Source: Candidatus Latescibacterota bacterium (GTDB lineage: Bacteria; Latescibacterota; UBA2968). From it: a stretch of 64,000 nt of DNA. The translations under genes were made by a program, and so were the position numbers. Below are positions 41,921 through 51,744 of the stretch, piece after piece. The DNA lies in contig OZ241986.1 in NCBI GenBank assembly GCA_965204375.1, positions 160,001-224,000 of the forward strand, in the 5' to 3' direction. Position 1 is the stretch's first letter; the number at the start of each line of letters is the position of its first letter. Under the pieces are notes generated by a model that saw nothing but the letters and a program-made list of their open reading frames with translations, was not told where the DNA came from and searched no databases.

Positions 41921-44056
41921 ATGCAAGATAGCCAGGTTAGTCGCATTCCCAATTTTATCTGGGGCATTGCCGACGATGTGTTGCGCGATCTGTATGTGCG
42001 GGGCAAGTATCGCGATATTATTCTGCCAATGACGGTGATTCGGCGGCTGGACGCGGCTCTTGAACCGACCAAACAGACGGTTCTCGCTATGCGAGACAGG
42101 CTCGACGCTGATGGGGTTATCGAACAGGAAGCCGCGCTAAAGCAGGCTTCCGGGCACGCTTTTTACAATGCTTCGCCATTCACGTTGCGCGATCTTCGCG
42201 CCCGCGCCAGTCGGCAGCAACTTCGCGCTGATTTTGAGGCGTACCTGGATGGATTTTCGGCCAATGTGCAGGATATTTTGAAGAATTTCGAGTTTCGCAA
42301 TCAGATTCCGCGTTTGTCCGATGCCGATGCGCTCGGCGCGTTGATTGAGAAATTTCTGTCGCCAGATATCAATTTAAGTCCCTATCCGGTGGAGAACAGC
42401 GATGGTTCTGTGCGGTTTTCCGGTCTGGACAATCACGCGATGGGTACGATCTTTGAGGAATTGGTTCGGCGGTTTAATGAGGAGAATAACGAGGAGGCTG
42501 GCGAACACTGGACACCACGCGATGCGGTCAAGCTGATGGCGAATCTCATTTTTCTTCCGGTGGCTGACGAGATTGAGTCGAGTACCTATTTGCTCTACGA
42601 TGGTGCTTGCGGTACGGGTGGTATGCTGACTGTCGCAGAGGAGACGCTTCGGGAACTCGCCCAGGAGCGCGGTAAGCAGGTTTCCACGCATCTTTATGGA
42701 CAGGAGATCAATGCCGAGACCTATGCTATTTGCAAGGCGGACTTATTGCTGAAGGGCGAGGGGAGCGCGGCGGATAATATTGTCGGAGGTCCGGAGTATT
42801 CAACGCTTTCCAATGATGCTTTTCCATCCCACAGGTTTGATTTTATGCTCAGCAATCCACCCTATGGCAAGAGTTGGAAGAACGATCTGGCCCGGATGGG
42901 TGGCAAGAGCGGCTTATCTGATCCGCGATTTCTTATCGCTCATGACGGCGACGCGGAGTATTCCCTGCTCACGCGGTCCAGCGATGGGCAGATGCTGTTT
43001 CTCGCCAATCTGCTTTCCAAGATGAAGCGCGATACCAGTCTGGGCAGTCGCATTGCCGAAGTCCATAATGGGAGTTCCTTGTTCACGGGTGATGCGGGGC
43101 AGGGCGAGAGCAATATCCGCCGCTGGATTATTGAGAACGACTATCTGGAGGCGATTGTCGCGCTGCCGCTCAATATGTTCTATAACACGGGTATCGCCAC
43201 GTACATCTGGGTGCTGACCAATCGCAAGCCAGCGCATCGACGCGGCAAGGTGCAACTTATCGATGCGAGTGAGTGGTACAGTCCGTTGCGTAAGAATCTG
43301 GGGGCGAAGAACTGCGAGTTGTCCAGTGATGACATCCGCCGCATCTGCGACGCTTTTCTCGCGTTTGAGGAGACCGGGCAGTCGAAAATTTTTCCCAACA
43401 AGGCATTCGGCTACTATAAGGTGACGGTTGAACGACCGCTGAGGCTTGCTGTCAATCTGTCGCCTGAGCAACGCGCGCGATTCCGGGACGCTTGCCGCGA
43501 AGCGAAGGAAGAACCGCTCGCCGATGTGGTTGATGGGATGTTGGAGACTATCGGCAACGGTCCTCATCTTGATTTCAACTGTTTTATGGATGCGGTCGCT
43601 GCAGAGGCGTCTGAGCAGGGCGTCAAGCTGATCGCCAAGCGGAAGAAGCTGTTGCAAACGTCGCTGGCATTTCGGGATGAAGCCGCCGAACCGGTGATTA
43701 AGAGGGTTCACAAATTGGGCAATAGAGAGCCAGACCCGATTCGCGGTCTGGTAGAGGCGACTGTAAATGACCAGTGCGTTGTCGTTGAATATGAGCCAGA
43801 TAGCGAGTTGCGCGATACCGAACAGGTGCCTCTGCTTGAGGAGGGTGGTGTTGAGGGCTTTTTGAGCCGCGAGGTGCTGCCTTATGCCTCCGACGCATGG
43901 TACGTTTCGACGAGTGTCAAAATCGGCTATGAGATCAGCTTTACCCGTCATTTCTACAAGCCACAACCGATGCGGTCACGAGAAGAAATCCGCGCTGATA
44001 TCAGGGCGTTGGAGCGAGAGAGTGAAGGGGTGTTGGCGGAGATTATGGGGGAGTAG
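41921..44056 (+). CDS. hsdM: Type I restriction-modification methyltransferase subunit
   Basis: FIWGIADDVLR, GEHWTPR, YDGACGTGGML, GQEIN, SNPPYG, FYNTGIATY. Confidence 0.95.
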   Translation: MQDSQVSRIPNFIWGIADDVLRDLYVRGKYRDIILPMTVIRRLDAALEPTKQTVLAMRDRLDADGVIEQEAALKQASGHAFYNASPFTLRDLRARASRQQLRADFEAYLDGFSANVQDILKNFEFRNQIPRLSDADALGALIEKFLSPDINLSPYPVENSDGSVRFSGLDNHAMGTIFEELVRRFNEENNEEAGEHWTPRDAVKLMANLIFLPVADEIESSTYLLYDGACGTGGMLTVAEETLRELAQERGKQVSTHLYGQEINAETYAICKADLLLKGEGSAADNIVGGPEYSTLSNDAFPSHRFDFMLSNPPYGKSWKNDLARMGGKSGLSDPRFLIAHDGDAEYSLLTRSSDGQMLFLANLLSKMKRDTSLGSRIAEVHNGSSLFTGDAGQGESNIRRWIIENDYLEAIVALPLNMFYNTGIATYIWVLTNRKPAHRRGKVQLIDASEWYSPLRKNLGAKNCELSSDDIRRICDAFLAFEETGQSKIFPNKAFGYYKVTVERPLRLAVNLSPEQRARFRDACREAKEEPLADVVDGMLETIGNGPHLDFNCFMDAVAAEASEQGVKLIAKRKKLLQTSLAFRDEAAEPVIKRVHKLGNREPDPIRGLVEATVNDQCVVVEYEPDSELRDTEQVPLLEEGGVEGFLSREVLPYASDAWYVSTSVKIGYEISFTRHFYKPQPMRSREEIRADIRALERESEGVLAEIMGE

Positions 44057-44102
44057 CCTTTATCCCAGTGTGCCCCAGTGCTTAAAAAATGCAGGGGCAG
44101 GC

Positions 44103-44131
44103 TTGAATGTGCGGATAAAGTTGGCTATACT
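44103..44131 (+). promoter_or_regulatory. Putative sigma70 promoter, shared with 60238-60266
   Basis: TTGAAT-N17-TATACT; AAAGTTGGCTATACTAAAT is identical in both copies. Confidence 0.65.
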
Positions 44132-44148
44132 AAATGCAGGTGTGTAAA

Positions 44149-44190
44149 TTCCCACTTCTCACTTCCCACTTCCCACTTCTCACTTCTCAT
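44149..44190 (+). repeat. Heptamer tandem repeat (TTCYCAC)x6
   Basis: TTCCCAC TTCTCAC TTCCCAC TTCCCAC TTCTCAC TTCTCAT, ending in the ATG at 44189. Confidence 0.85.
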
Positions 44191-46090
44191 GTCAGACCTA
44201 CGATTTGACATCACGCCCTTTCTGGATCAAGACGAAGGCCAGCACTTTGATCGCAAGTCGTTGTACGAAGGCGAAGAGGGTGCCAAACGGCCACGGAGTC
44301 GCCGCGCTGTGCGGGATCAGGTTGCGGAATACATCGCTGCTTTCGCCAATGCCGAAGGTGGCGTGCTTATCCTGGGTATAGAGGATGACCGCACCATTAC
44401 GGGCTACCAGCTTCCGCAGGATGCTTTGAACAATATTCTGAAGACCCCGATCACGCGGTTGCAGCCCGCACAGCCCAATGGCTTTATTATGTATGTTGAA
44501 GGGCGCAAAGTGATTGTTTTTGATGTGCCGGCTTCAGATGTTCCCGTTCAAGTAATCGGGGATGGCTTTCCGCTGCGAATGGGTGATCAGACCGTGCAAT
44601 CCAGCGAGAGCCAAATCAATACGCTTAAGTTTGAAGGTATGGCGGAGAGTTGGGAGAGCCGACGGTCGTTGATGACTTTGGCTGATTTGGATGCGCGATT
44701 GTTAGAACGCGCACGACAGGGGGCGGGTTTATCCGCTTTGAGTGATGAAGAGTACTTACTCAAGCGCAAATTGGCTGACCGCCGGGGGCGAGGAATCGTG
44801 CTTAGAAATGCCGCGGCGTTGCTTTTTGCCCGTTACGGGCCGGACCATCCCAATGCCGGTGTCCGTCTGTTTCGCGTCATTGGCACTGAGCGCTATACCG
44901 GTATCGAGCACAATGTTGAAGAACGCCCGCGTTGCGAAGGTAACTTGCCTGCGGTTATATCGGAAATTCGCACGGTTATCAGCGGTCTGCTGCGGCGCCC
45001 GATGCGGCTCGTGGGGAGTCGCTTTCAGGAATCTGCCGAATATCCGGATTTCGCATGGCTGGAGGCGTTGCTCAATGCCATCGCGCACCGCGATTACAGG
45101 ATTGAAGGCACCTGCATAGAGGTCTGGCTATTTGATGACCGCATGGAAGTTGTCAGTCCCGGCGGTCTGGTCGGCAATTTGACCACAGAAGCGTTGCTCA
45201 CGCTCAAGCGCGTTCATCACAGCCGCAATCCTCGGATTATTCGGGTGCTTGTAGATCTCGGTCTCGCACGCGATCAGGGCGAGGGTATTCCGCGTATGTT
45301 CGCAGAAATGGAAGACGCTTTTTTGCCGAGGCCAGACATAGATGCGACCAGCCGCAATGTCATGGTCACGCTTCGAAATACGCTTACCTTAAATGCGATG
45401 GATCGAGAATTTATCTCGGCTCTCGGCGATCTTGAGCTTTCCCGCAATGAGTTTCGGACCTTGCTTTATACGTATCGCCACGGTCAGATAGACAATGCCA
45501 GGCTACGTGCTTTATCCGGTCTGGATACCTTAAATGCCAGTTATCTTTTGCGCGGCCTCCGCGACCGAGATTTGTTGATGCTTCATTCTCATGGCCCCAA
45601 CAGCTACTACACGCTGACTTCTGTTTTGACATCGCAAGTTGGGGTATATAGAGCAAAAGGTGAAAAACTCAGTGCGGATGGGGGGGATATCCGCGAAGGA
45701 CACGAAGGGACACGAAGAAGGGGTAAGCTCGATGCGGATGAGGGGGAGTTCAGCGCGGATGGGAGGGAGCTTGGCACGGATGTAGAGAAGTTTAGCACGG
45801 ATGGGGGGGAGTTCGACGCCGATGGGGGGGAGCTTCCCGATTATATCAGAGTGCGTATTGCAAAACTTGGAAAGCGGCCGCGTCGTGTGCGTGTGCGCCC
45901 CATCATCCATTTAATATGCGATCAAGGGAAATGGGTAACTTCTGCGGAACTTGCCCGGTTTCTCAATATAGGTCAAAGCAAACTAACGGCGGGTTATATT
46001 ACTCCGATGGTGCATAGCGGAGAACTTGAACCGCGCTTTCCAGGCAAGCCCAATCATCCTCACCAGGCTTACCGCGCCAGAGTGCCCTAA
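44189..46090 (+). CDS. Schlafen/AlbA_2 + HATPase-like (RecG C-terminal-like) + wHTH protein, copy 1
   Basis: EGQHFDRKS, AAFANAEGGVLILGIED, EALLNAIAHRDY, DDRMEVVSPGG, SRNP, GEGIPRM; C-terminal PNHPHQAYR HTH. Confidence 0.85.
   Translation: MSDLRFDITPFLDQDEGQHFDRKSLYEGEEGAKRPRSRRAVRDQVAEYIAAFANAEGGVLILGIEDDRTITGYQLPQDALNNILKTPITRLQPAQPNGFIMYVEGRKVIVFDVPASDVPVQVIGDGFPLRMGDQTVQSSESQINTLKFEGMAESWESRRSLMTLADLDARLLERARQGAGLSALSDEEYLLKRKLADRRGRGIVLRNAAALLFARYGPDHPNAGVRLFRVIGTERYTGIEHNVEERPRCEGNLPAVISEIRTVISGLLRRPMRLVGSRFQESAEYPDFAWLEALLNAIAHRDYRIEGTCIEVWLFDDRMEVVSPGGLVGNLTTEALLTLKRVHHSRNPRIIRVLVDLGLARDQGEGIPRMFAEMEDAFLPRPDIDATSRNVMVTLRNTLTLNAMDREFISALGDLELSRNEFRTLLYTYRHGQIDNARLRALSGLDTLNASYLLRGLRDRDLLMLHSHGPNSYYTLTSVLTSQVGVYRAKGEKLSADGGDIREGHEGTRRRGKLDADEGEFSADGRELGTDVEKFSTDGGEFDADGGELPDYIRVRIAKLGKRPRRVRVRPIIHLICDQGKWVTSAELARFLNIGQSKLTAGYITPMVHSGELEPRFPGKPNHPHQAYRARVP
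45728..45832 (+). repeat. Coding 21-bp tandem repeat (7 aa) x5
   Basis: LDADEGE-FSADGRE-LGTDVEK-FSTDGGE-FDADGGE; a further unit at 45668-45688. Confidence 0.8.
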
Positions 46091-46134
46091 CGCCTGCATA
46101 TTTGACGTCAGATGACTGATAGGGGAGAACAGCA

Positions 46135-46488
46135 ATGGCAATGAAATCTTTAGATGACCATATTGCGATTACCCCCGGTATATGCAGCGGAAAGCCGCGT
46201 ATTGCTGGCCGTCGCATTACCGTGGCGCATATTGCCATCTGGCATGAACGAATGGGCAAATGTGCAGATGAAATCGCCACGGAATACGATTTGACCTTGG
46301 CCGATGTGTATGCGGCATTGGCCTACTATTTCGATCACCGCGAAGAAATTGACCAATCGATTCAAGAGGGTGAAGAATTTGTGAAGGCTTTACGCCAGAA
46401 GACACCGTCTCGCCTGGGTTTTATGGCAGGGCAGATTGAAGTTCCCGACGACTTCGATAGCATGGGCGACTCTGAGGAAGATAACTAA
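46135..46488 (+). CDS. DUF433 antitoxin-like protein with chimeric C-terminal tail
   Basis: ITPGICSGKPRIAGRRITV, LTLADVYAALAYYFDHREEI; tail RLGFMAGQIEVPDDFDSMG. Confidence 0.85.
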   Translation: MAMKSLDDHIAITPGICSGKPRIAGRRITVAHIAIWHERMGKCADEIATEYDLTLADVYAALAYYFDHREEIDQSIQEGEEFVKALRQKTPSRLGFMAGQIEVPDDFDSMGDSEEDN

Positions 46489-46491
46489 GAC

Positions 46492-49400
46492 ATGGCTGAT
46501 AATGACAAAACTGTTCTCGATGGATGGAAGAAAACACGATCTGGAGCACGGGCTGGTCGGGGTTTTGATTATCAACATCGATTTTCAACTCTTATCCTTG
46601 TTCAGCAATGGGCCGGACTGTTACCTACAGGCAATCTTGTCCCAGAGGGGCTTGAAGATTGTGTTGTAGAGTTGGCGGATCGTGACATTTGGATCCAAAT
46701 CAAATCGAGAGAGCAGGGCACATTCAGCAAAGGCGAAGTGAAAACAATTTTTGAGCAAGCCCGACGGAAAGCCAGCCTTGTCAACAATCAAAAGCCTACA
46801 CAATTGGTTGCTGGTCTTGAGCAACCTTGTCCCGCTGTTACCGGGTACGAGATGGATGGTCTCTTTGATGGCAGAGCCGAGAAGGTTGTTGTTTGCACTG
46901 CACCGGAAGAGGAAATAGTTAATTTATTGTCTCAAAATCTAAATATAGCGGAGATTATCGCCGAAGGACTGATGAGCGACCTGTATAAACTCGTTGCTGA
47001 GAGTTCGGCGGCCAATGCCTCGCTTCCCTTTGAGAGAAGGCGGCGTATATCTACGACAGAGGTTGAATGCCGCATCCTTGAACGTCTTGAGGCTGAAGAT
47101 CCTTCCGCAATCAATCGTGCTTTCGATATAAGAGCTCTGGAGCCTGTTGACTTCGTTACTCCTGTCTCTGAGCCTGGTTTCTATCAGGGCGTTAAAGTTA
47201 AACCTGGACACATTGCCTCCGGGTTAGTTATAGAGCGTCCAGGAGAAACACAAGACGTTGTCCAGGCATTTAAGAAACGTCGGCATCTTCTTGTCACCGG
47301 TCCTTCAGGGGCAGGAAAATCTGCTCTCATTTGGCTGGTCGCACATTCGTTGACTGCTGAGTTCCGCTGGTATCAGATTTCTGCCCAAGCGAACGCGCAA
47401 GATGCTGACGCAATTATTCGTTTCGTGAAGTCACGCCGTCCCAAGAAAGTTTCTCCGATAGGATTGATATTTGACGATGTTGGAGAGTCCAGCAGCAATC
47501 TGTGGGATATTCTTACGAACCAACTCAGAAGTCTGCCAGATGTTTATATATTGGGATCAGTGCGTAATGAGGATATAGCTCTGATTACTAATCAATCTGA
47601 TACCGAATTTTTTGAGATCAGACTTGATAGTGAACTTGCACAGAGTATGTGGGAAGAACTGACCAACGAAGGCCAGACGAAATGGGCTTACTGGCGTGAA
47701 CCTTTCGAACAATCCGATGGACTGATGCTTGAATACGTTCACCTCTTGACGCAGGGCAAGCGGCTTGCCGCCGTGATCGATGAACAGATTCGTCAACGGG
47801 AAAGAGAAAGACGACACGCCGAACTCGCCATAATCAGAGGCACGGCTGTTCTATGTGCTTTCGGTGGCGAAGTTGAGGCTAAAAGGCTCTTCGAATTACT
47901 ACAATTGCCACCAGACCGCGCAGCACAGGCATTAAAGAGATTAATAGACGAACATCTTGTACGCGAAAGCCGTCCGGGTGTGCTCGGAGGCCTTCATGCT
48001 CTGCGATCGAAGGCACTTTGTGACGCTTCCCATGATGATGTCTCTTATCTACGCAGCGACTCGTTATGGCAGTCACTGACGGCTGCAACGAATGAGACAT
48101 TGCCAAGAATTATTCAGTCAGTTCTTAATGAGACACAGAATGAGGCCGAAGCTATGACGCTTCAGAATCTGGCGAAGGCACTTGCAGCAAGCGATGATAT
48201 TGAGGTATGGGCAGCTATTCTTACTGGATTGGGTATAGGTACAATGGAAAAATCTGTCGCTTCATTCATGGCAATGCTTGAAAAGCATGGAGTCCAACGT
48301 ACCCATTGGTTTTTGGCCTCAATGTTTTCGGATGCCGGCATCGATGTCCCTGAATTGTCAGGATTTGAAAACTTAAAGCCCATGCAAAACGCCGTAATAG
48401 CCTTCCGCGCGTTACCGAAACGCGATTTTCGAGCCGACTGTTTACGGATGTTGCCCCAAGGAACGCAAGTTCCGGTATGTACAGATATTCGGCAGCTTAA
48501 CCTATTGCTCTCCTCTCTGGTACCGATACCAGGAGGAGATTCCAGCCGGATTCCGTTCAAGACGGATTTCTCTGGTTATGGTGAGCAGGATATTCATGAT
48601 GTAGCCGCTCTCTTATCGACTGCCTACTTGATCGGGCCCGACGTGGCTAAAGATCTCGTGGCCGCCTTTGGCGGCGAGCAGACCTTGTTTAACTGGTTCA
48701 GTTCCCAGATTCCTTGGGTAACTGTACCTATAATCGAACCACAGGGAACTCATGGACGCACCGTCCGTGCTAACAGGTTTTTTGTAGCCGAGTCACATCA
48801 GACTGATGCTCATAAAACCCTCTGTGATATTTGTGAGACATTGATTGCCATATCGCCAATGTCGGATGCAGCTGCATCCGATGCCATAGGTCTGTCAGGG
48901 CAGCCTATAGAAATAAATGGACTTAGCGATTGGTCAAAAAATATATCCAGAGAGAACCTTCCTTCAAAGGCTCGGGTGGCCTGGAATGTTGCCTTTCGCC
49001 AAATCCTGCTCGCACGAGCAGCGGAGCACAGCCTAACGGATTACACACACGAGATGGCTGATCATGTGAGACACACAGAAAAAATTTTTCGTTTGTTTTC
49101 GGAGCAATGGATTAAAGGACGGAGAATATCGAATAAGGACAGGCTGGCTGCGGAGATCAATGAGATTGTGAATCATGTCGATGACTTGATCTATGCTAAG
49201 CCCAAAACATTAGCGGCCTCAATGACAAGTACCACTGGTGATACAGAAGAGGATGATAAGCTCGGTGCATTATTGACTAGCGTACTTTATAATCTTGTTC
49301 CACGAATGTGTAAAATACCACCTGAGCCCGACGCGAAAGCGGCCGCGGCATTCACCAGCGGCCTCGCTGCACAGGCACGAGAGCATGGAATATCCGAAAT

Positions 49401-50334
49401 CTGGCGTACAACGCCATCACCGCCGTTAGATGAATTAGCCGTACTCGCAGAGCGTCTTGATGGTGTTGCTTGCATCTTGCACGAAATAGCACACGACGAT
49501 ACAGCCAGAGCAATAAAAAAGCTCTGTCAGATAGCCAGAAAGGGGAGGGCGGGAAAAGCTATTCAGGCCGTGGCTGGTCGTTGTCGCTTGCTGGCTAAAC
49601 AACGCTTCCATCGGAGGTTGCGGGCTTTAGAAAACGCGCTTAAAGCACAGGGTTTGACTGCCAGATGCAGGACTCGTCCTGTCAATGACGCCGATAGTAT
49701 TGATTGGCCTGCCGTAGAAGTTGCTATTCTTATCAAGATCACAGATTCTGAAACTGATTGGAATTATCTCGAAGACAGCCTTTCAATTGGAGAAAAGCAA
49801 CTTGCACAAGATTGGCAATTCTGCGTTGTGCCTGTCATAAATAATCAAGTCATTGCAGACTTAGCATTCATTTCTTCATCGCAGGGGCCATTACTTGACG
49901 TGGAATTTGCTCACAAATGGAAAGCTCATATTAACTTGCCATTTCTCTCCTCTGAAGTTTCAAACGCGTTTGATATAGCTGTATCAGCCTGTACGCAGGT
50001 CTCAGCCATCATTAGCTATCGTGATCTGGAAAAACTCCATCCTACGGAAGAAGAAGCTCTCTTGAAGGCCATAGACGACTTCGAGTGCAATCGGAAAACT
50101 GTTGATGCTTTTCAACAAAAGACGGGACAGGAGCTATTTGATGAAGCACTGGTTTATCTCGACGAAATATGGAATCAGATTGTTAGTGAAATTGAGTCCA
50201 TGAAAACAGGTCAGATGGTTGATAACCCATTGTGCCACATCATGGCGGATATGGAAAACGAAAAGGTTATTGAACTGGGTGTTGCAAGGATGCTATTGCG
50301 ACAAGCTGAATGCTACACTGTCGCCGCAGAGTGA
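46492..50334 (+). CDS. Putative Cap4-like endonuclease - STAND-type NTPase fusion (candidate anti-phage protein)
   Basis: GARAGRGFDYQ...EGLED...IQIKS nuclease motif; Walker A GPSGAGKS, Walker B LIFDD, SVR, GLMLEY, wHTH with LHAL; long helical C-terminus. Confidence 0.7.
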   Translation: MADNDKTVLDGWKKTRSGARAGRGFDYQHRFSTLILVQQWAGLLPTGNLVPEGLEDCVVELADRDIWIQIKSREQGTFSKGEVKTIFEQARRKASLVNNQKPTQLVAGLEQPCPAVTGYEMDGLFDGRAEKVVVCTAPEEEIVNLLSQNLNIAEIIAEGLMSDLYKLVAESSAANASLPFERRRRISTTEVECRILERLEAEDPSAINRAFDIRALEPVDFVTPVSEPGFYQGVKVKPGHIASGLVIERPGETQDVVQAFKKRRHLLVTGPSGAGKSALIWLVAHSLTAEFRWYQISAQANAQDADAIIRFVKSRRPKKVSPIGLIFDDVGESSSNLWDILTNQLRSLPDVYILGSVRNEDIALITNQSDTEFFEIRLDSELAQSMWEELTNEGQTKWAYWREPFEQSDGLMLEYVHLLTQGKRLAAVIDEQIRQRERERRHAELAIIRGTAVLCAFGGEVEAKRLFELLQLPPDRAAQALKRLIDEHLVRESRPGVLGGLHALRSKALCDASHDDVSYLRSDSLWQSLTAATNETLPRIIQSVLNETQNEAEAMTLQNLAKALAASDDIEVWAAILTGLGIGTMEKSVASFMAMLEKHGVQRTHWFLASMFSDAGIDVPELSGFENLKPMQNAVIAFRALPKRDFRADCLRMLPQGTQVPVCTDIRQLNLLLSSLVPIPGGDSSRIPFKTDFSGYGEQDIHDVAALLSTAYLIGPDVAKDLVAAFGGEQTLFNWFSSQIPWVTVPIIEPQGTHGRTVRANRFFVAESHQTDAHKTLCDICETLIAISPMSDAAASDAIGLSGQPIEINGLSDWSKNISRENLPSKARVAWNVAFRQILLARAAEHSLTDYTHEMADHVRHTEKIFRLFSEQWIKGRRISNKDRLAAEINEIVNHVDDLIYAKPKTLAASMTSTTGDTEEDDKLGALLTSVLYNLVPRMCKIPPEPDAKAAAAFTSGLAAQAREHGISEIWRTTPSPPLDELAVLAERLDGVACILHEIAHDDTARAIKKLCQIARKGRAGKAIQAVAGRCRLLAKQRFHRRLRALENALKAQGLTARCRTRPVNDADSIDWPAVEVAILIKITDSETDWNYLEDSLSIGEKQLAQDWQFCVVPVINNQVIADLAFISSSQGPLLDVEFAHKWKAHINLPFLSSEVSNAFDIAVSACTQVSAIISYRDLEKLHPTEEEALLKAIDDFECNRKTVDAFQQKTGQELFDEALVYLDEIWNQIVSEIESMKTGQMVDNPLCHIMADMENEKVIELGVARMLLRQAECYTVAAE

Positions 50335-50418
50335 ATCTTATGAGAAATAGTTCTTGTTCATGTAGACCTGTAAAGCAAGATAGGATGGTTGTGTATTGAC
50401 TTGGCTGGGAGAATCATC

Positions 50419-51744
50419 ATGATCAATGAACTCCAACCCTACCTCTCCTACAAATCTTCCGAAGTCGAGTGGATTGGTGATGTACCGGCACATTGGGATG
50501 TGCAACGGCTTAAGTATCTATTGCGGGAGAGAGATATTCGATCTGCCGACGGGAGCGAGGAGTTGCTTAGCGTGTCACAATACACCGGTGTCACGCAGCG
50601 TAAGCGAGTAGATAGTGGAGATGCCCCTGACACGCGAGCAGAATCATTGATCGGTTATAAGTGTGTCGAACTCCAAGATCTTGTAGTGAATATCATGCTC
50701 GCTTGGAATGGTAGCATGGGCGTTTCACAATTCCATGGTATTGCGAGTCCTGCTTACTGTGTCTATCGATTTTTGGCTGGTGTAAATCCATGGTTCTATC
50801 ACTATCTACTTCGTTCTCCGATTTACAAGGCATATATCAAATCGGCATCCACCGGTGTAGTGGAGAGTAGGCTTCGTTTGTACACTGATGATCTCTATCG
50901 ACTTTATGCTATTGTTCCACCCCTCTCCGAACAAATCGCCATCGTCCGCTATCTCAATCAGGCTGACGAGCGCATCCGCCGCTACATCAGCAGCAGGGAG
51001 CGGCTCATTGAACTGTTGGAGGAATATCGGCAGGCGGTCATCCACCACGCAGTCACGCGCGGCCTTGATCCCGATGTGCGTCTCAAGCCCTCTGGCGTCG
51101 AGCAGCTGGGCGATATACCAGCGCATTGGGAGATAAGGCGGCTTAAGACACTTTGCAGCATGAAAAGTGGAGATGGCATTACTGCAATGTCGATTGAGCC
51201 TACGGGTGAATACCCCGTCTATGGCGGCAACGGGCTGAGAGGCTACACATCGAATTACACTCACGATGGCAATTATGTGTTGATTGGCAGACAAGGTGCG
51301 CTATGTGGGAATGTTCATATCGCTCGTGGTCAATTCTGGGCTTCGGAACACGCTGTAGTTGCTTCCCTATCGGCTGGTTATGTTCTTGAATGGTTTGCAG
51401 CTATCCTGAATGTGATGGATCTGAATCAATATTCACTTGCCGCTGCCCAACCTGGACTGGCCGTTGAACGAGTGCTGAATCTAAGTTTACCTGTGCCACC
51501 ACCACAAGAGCAAGCACACATCGCACGCTATATAGAACGTGAAACCGCTGACATTGACGTCGCTATTGACCGTGCTCGGCGAGAAATTGAGTTGCTGGGT
51601 GAATACCGCACGCGGTTGATTGCTGATGTGGTTACGGGCAAAGTAGATGTGCGGGATGCGGCTACGAGGTTGCCCGGTGAGGCGGAGACGCTAATTGACG
51701 CTGAACAGGAAAATCGAGAAAGTACCAGATATGTCATTGACTAA
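50419..51744 (+). CDS. hsdS: Type I restriction-modification specificity subunit
   Basis: Two TRDs with conserved repeats GDVPAHWDVQRLK / GDIPAHWEIRRLK, PPLSEQ / PPPQEQ, AVTRGL, DVVTGKVDVR. Confidence 0.93.
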   Translation: MINELQPYLSYKSSEVEWIGDVPAHWDVQRLKYLLRERDIRSADGSEELLSVSQYTGVTQRKRVDSGDAPDTRAESLIGYKCVELQDLVVNIMLAWNGSMGVSQFHGIASPAYCVYRFLAGVNPWFYHYLLRSPIYKAYIKSASTGVVESRLRLYTDDLYRLYAIVPPLSEQIAIVRYLNQADERIRRYISSRERLIELLEEYRQAVIHHAVTRGLDPDVRLKPSGVEQLGDIPAHWEIRRLKTLCSMKSGDGITAMSIEPTGEYPVYGGNGLRGYTSNYTHDGNYVLIGRQGALCGNVHIARGQFWASEHAVVASLSAGYVLEWFAAILNVMDLNQYSLAAAQPGLAVERVLNLSLPVPPPQEQAHIARYIERETADIDVAIDRARREIELLGEYRTRLIADVVTGKVDVRDAATRLPGEAETLIDAEQENRESTRYVID

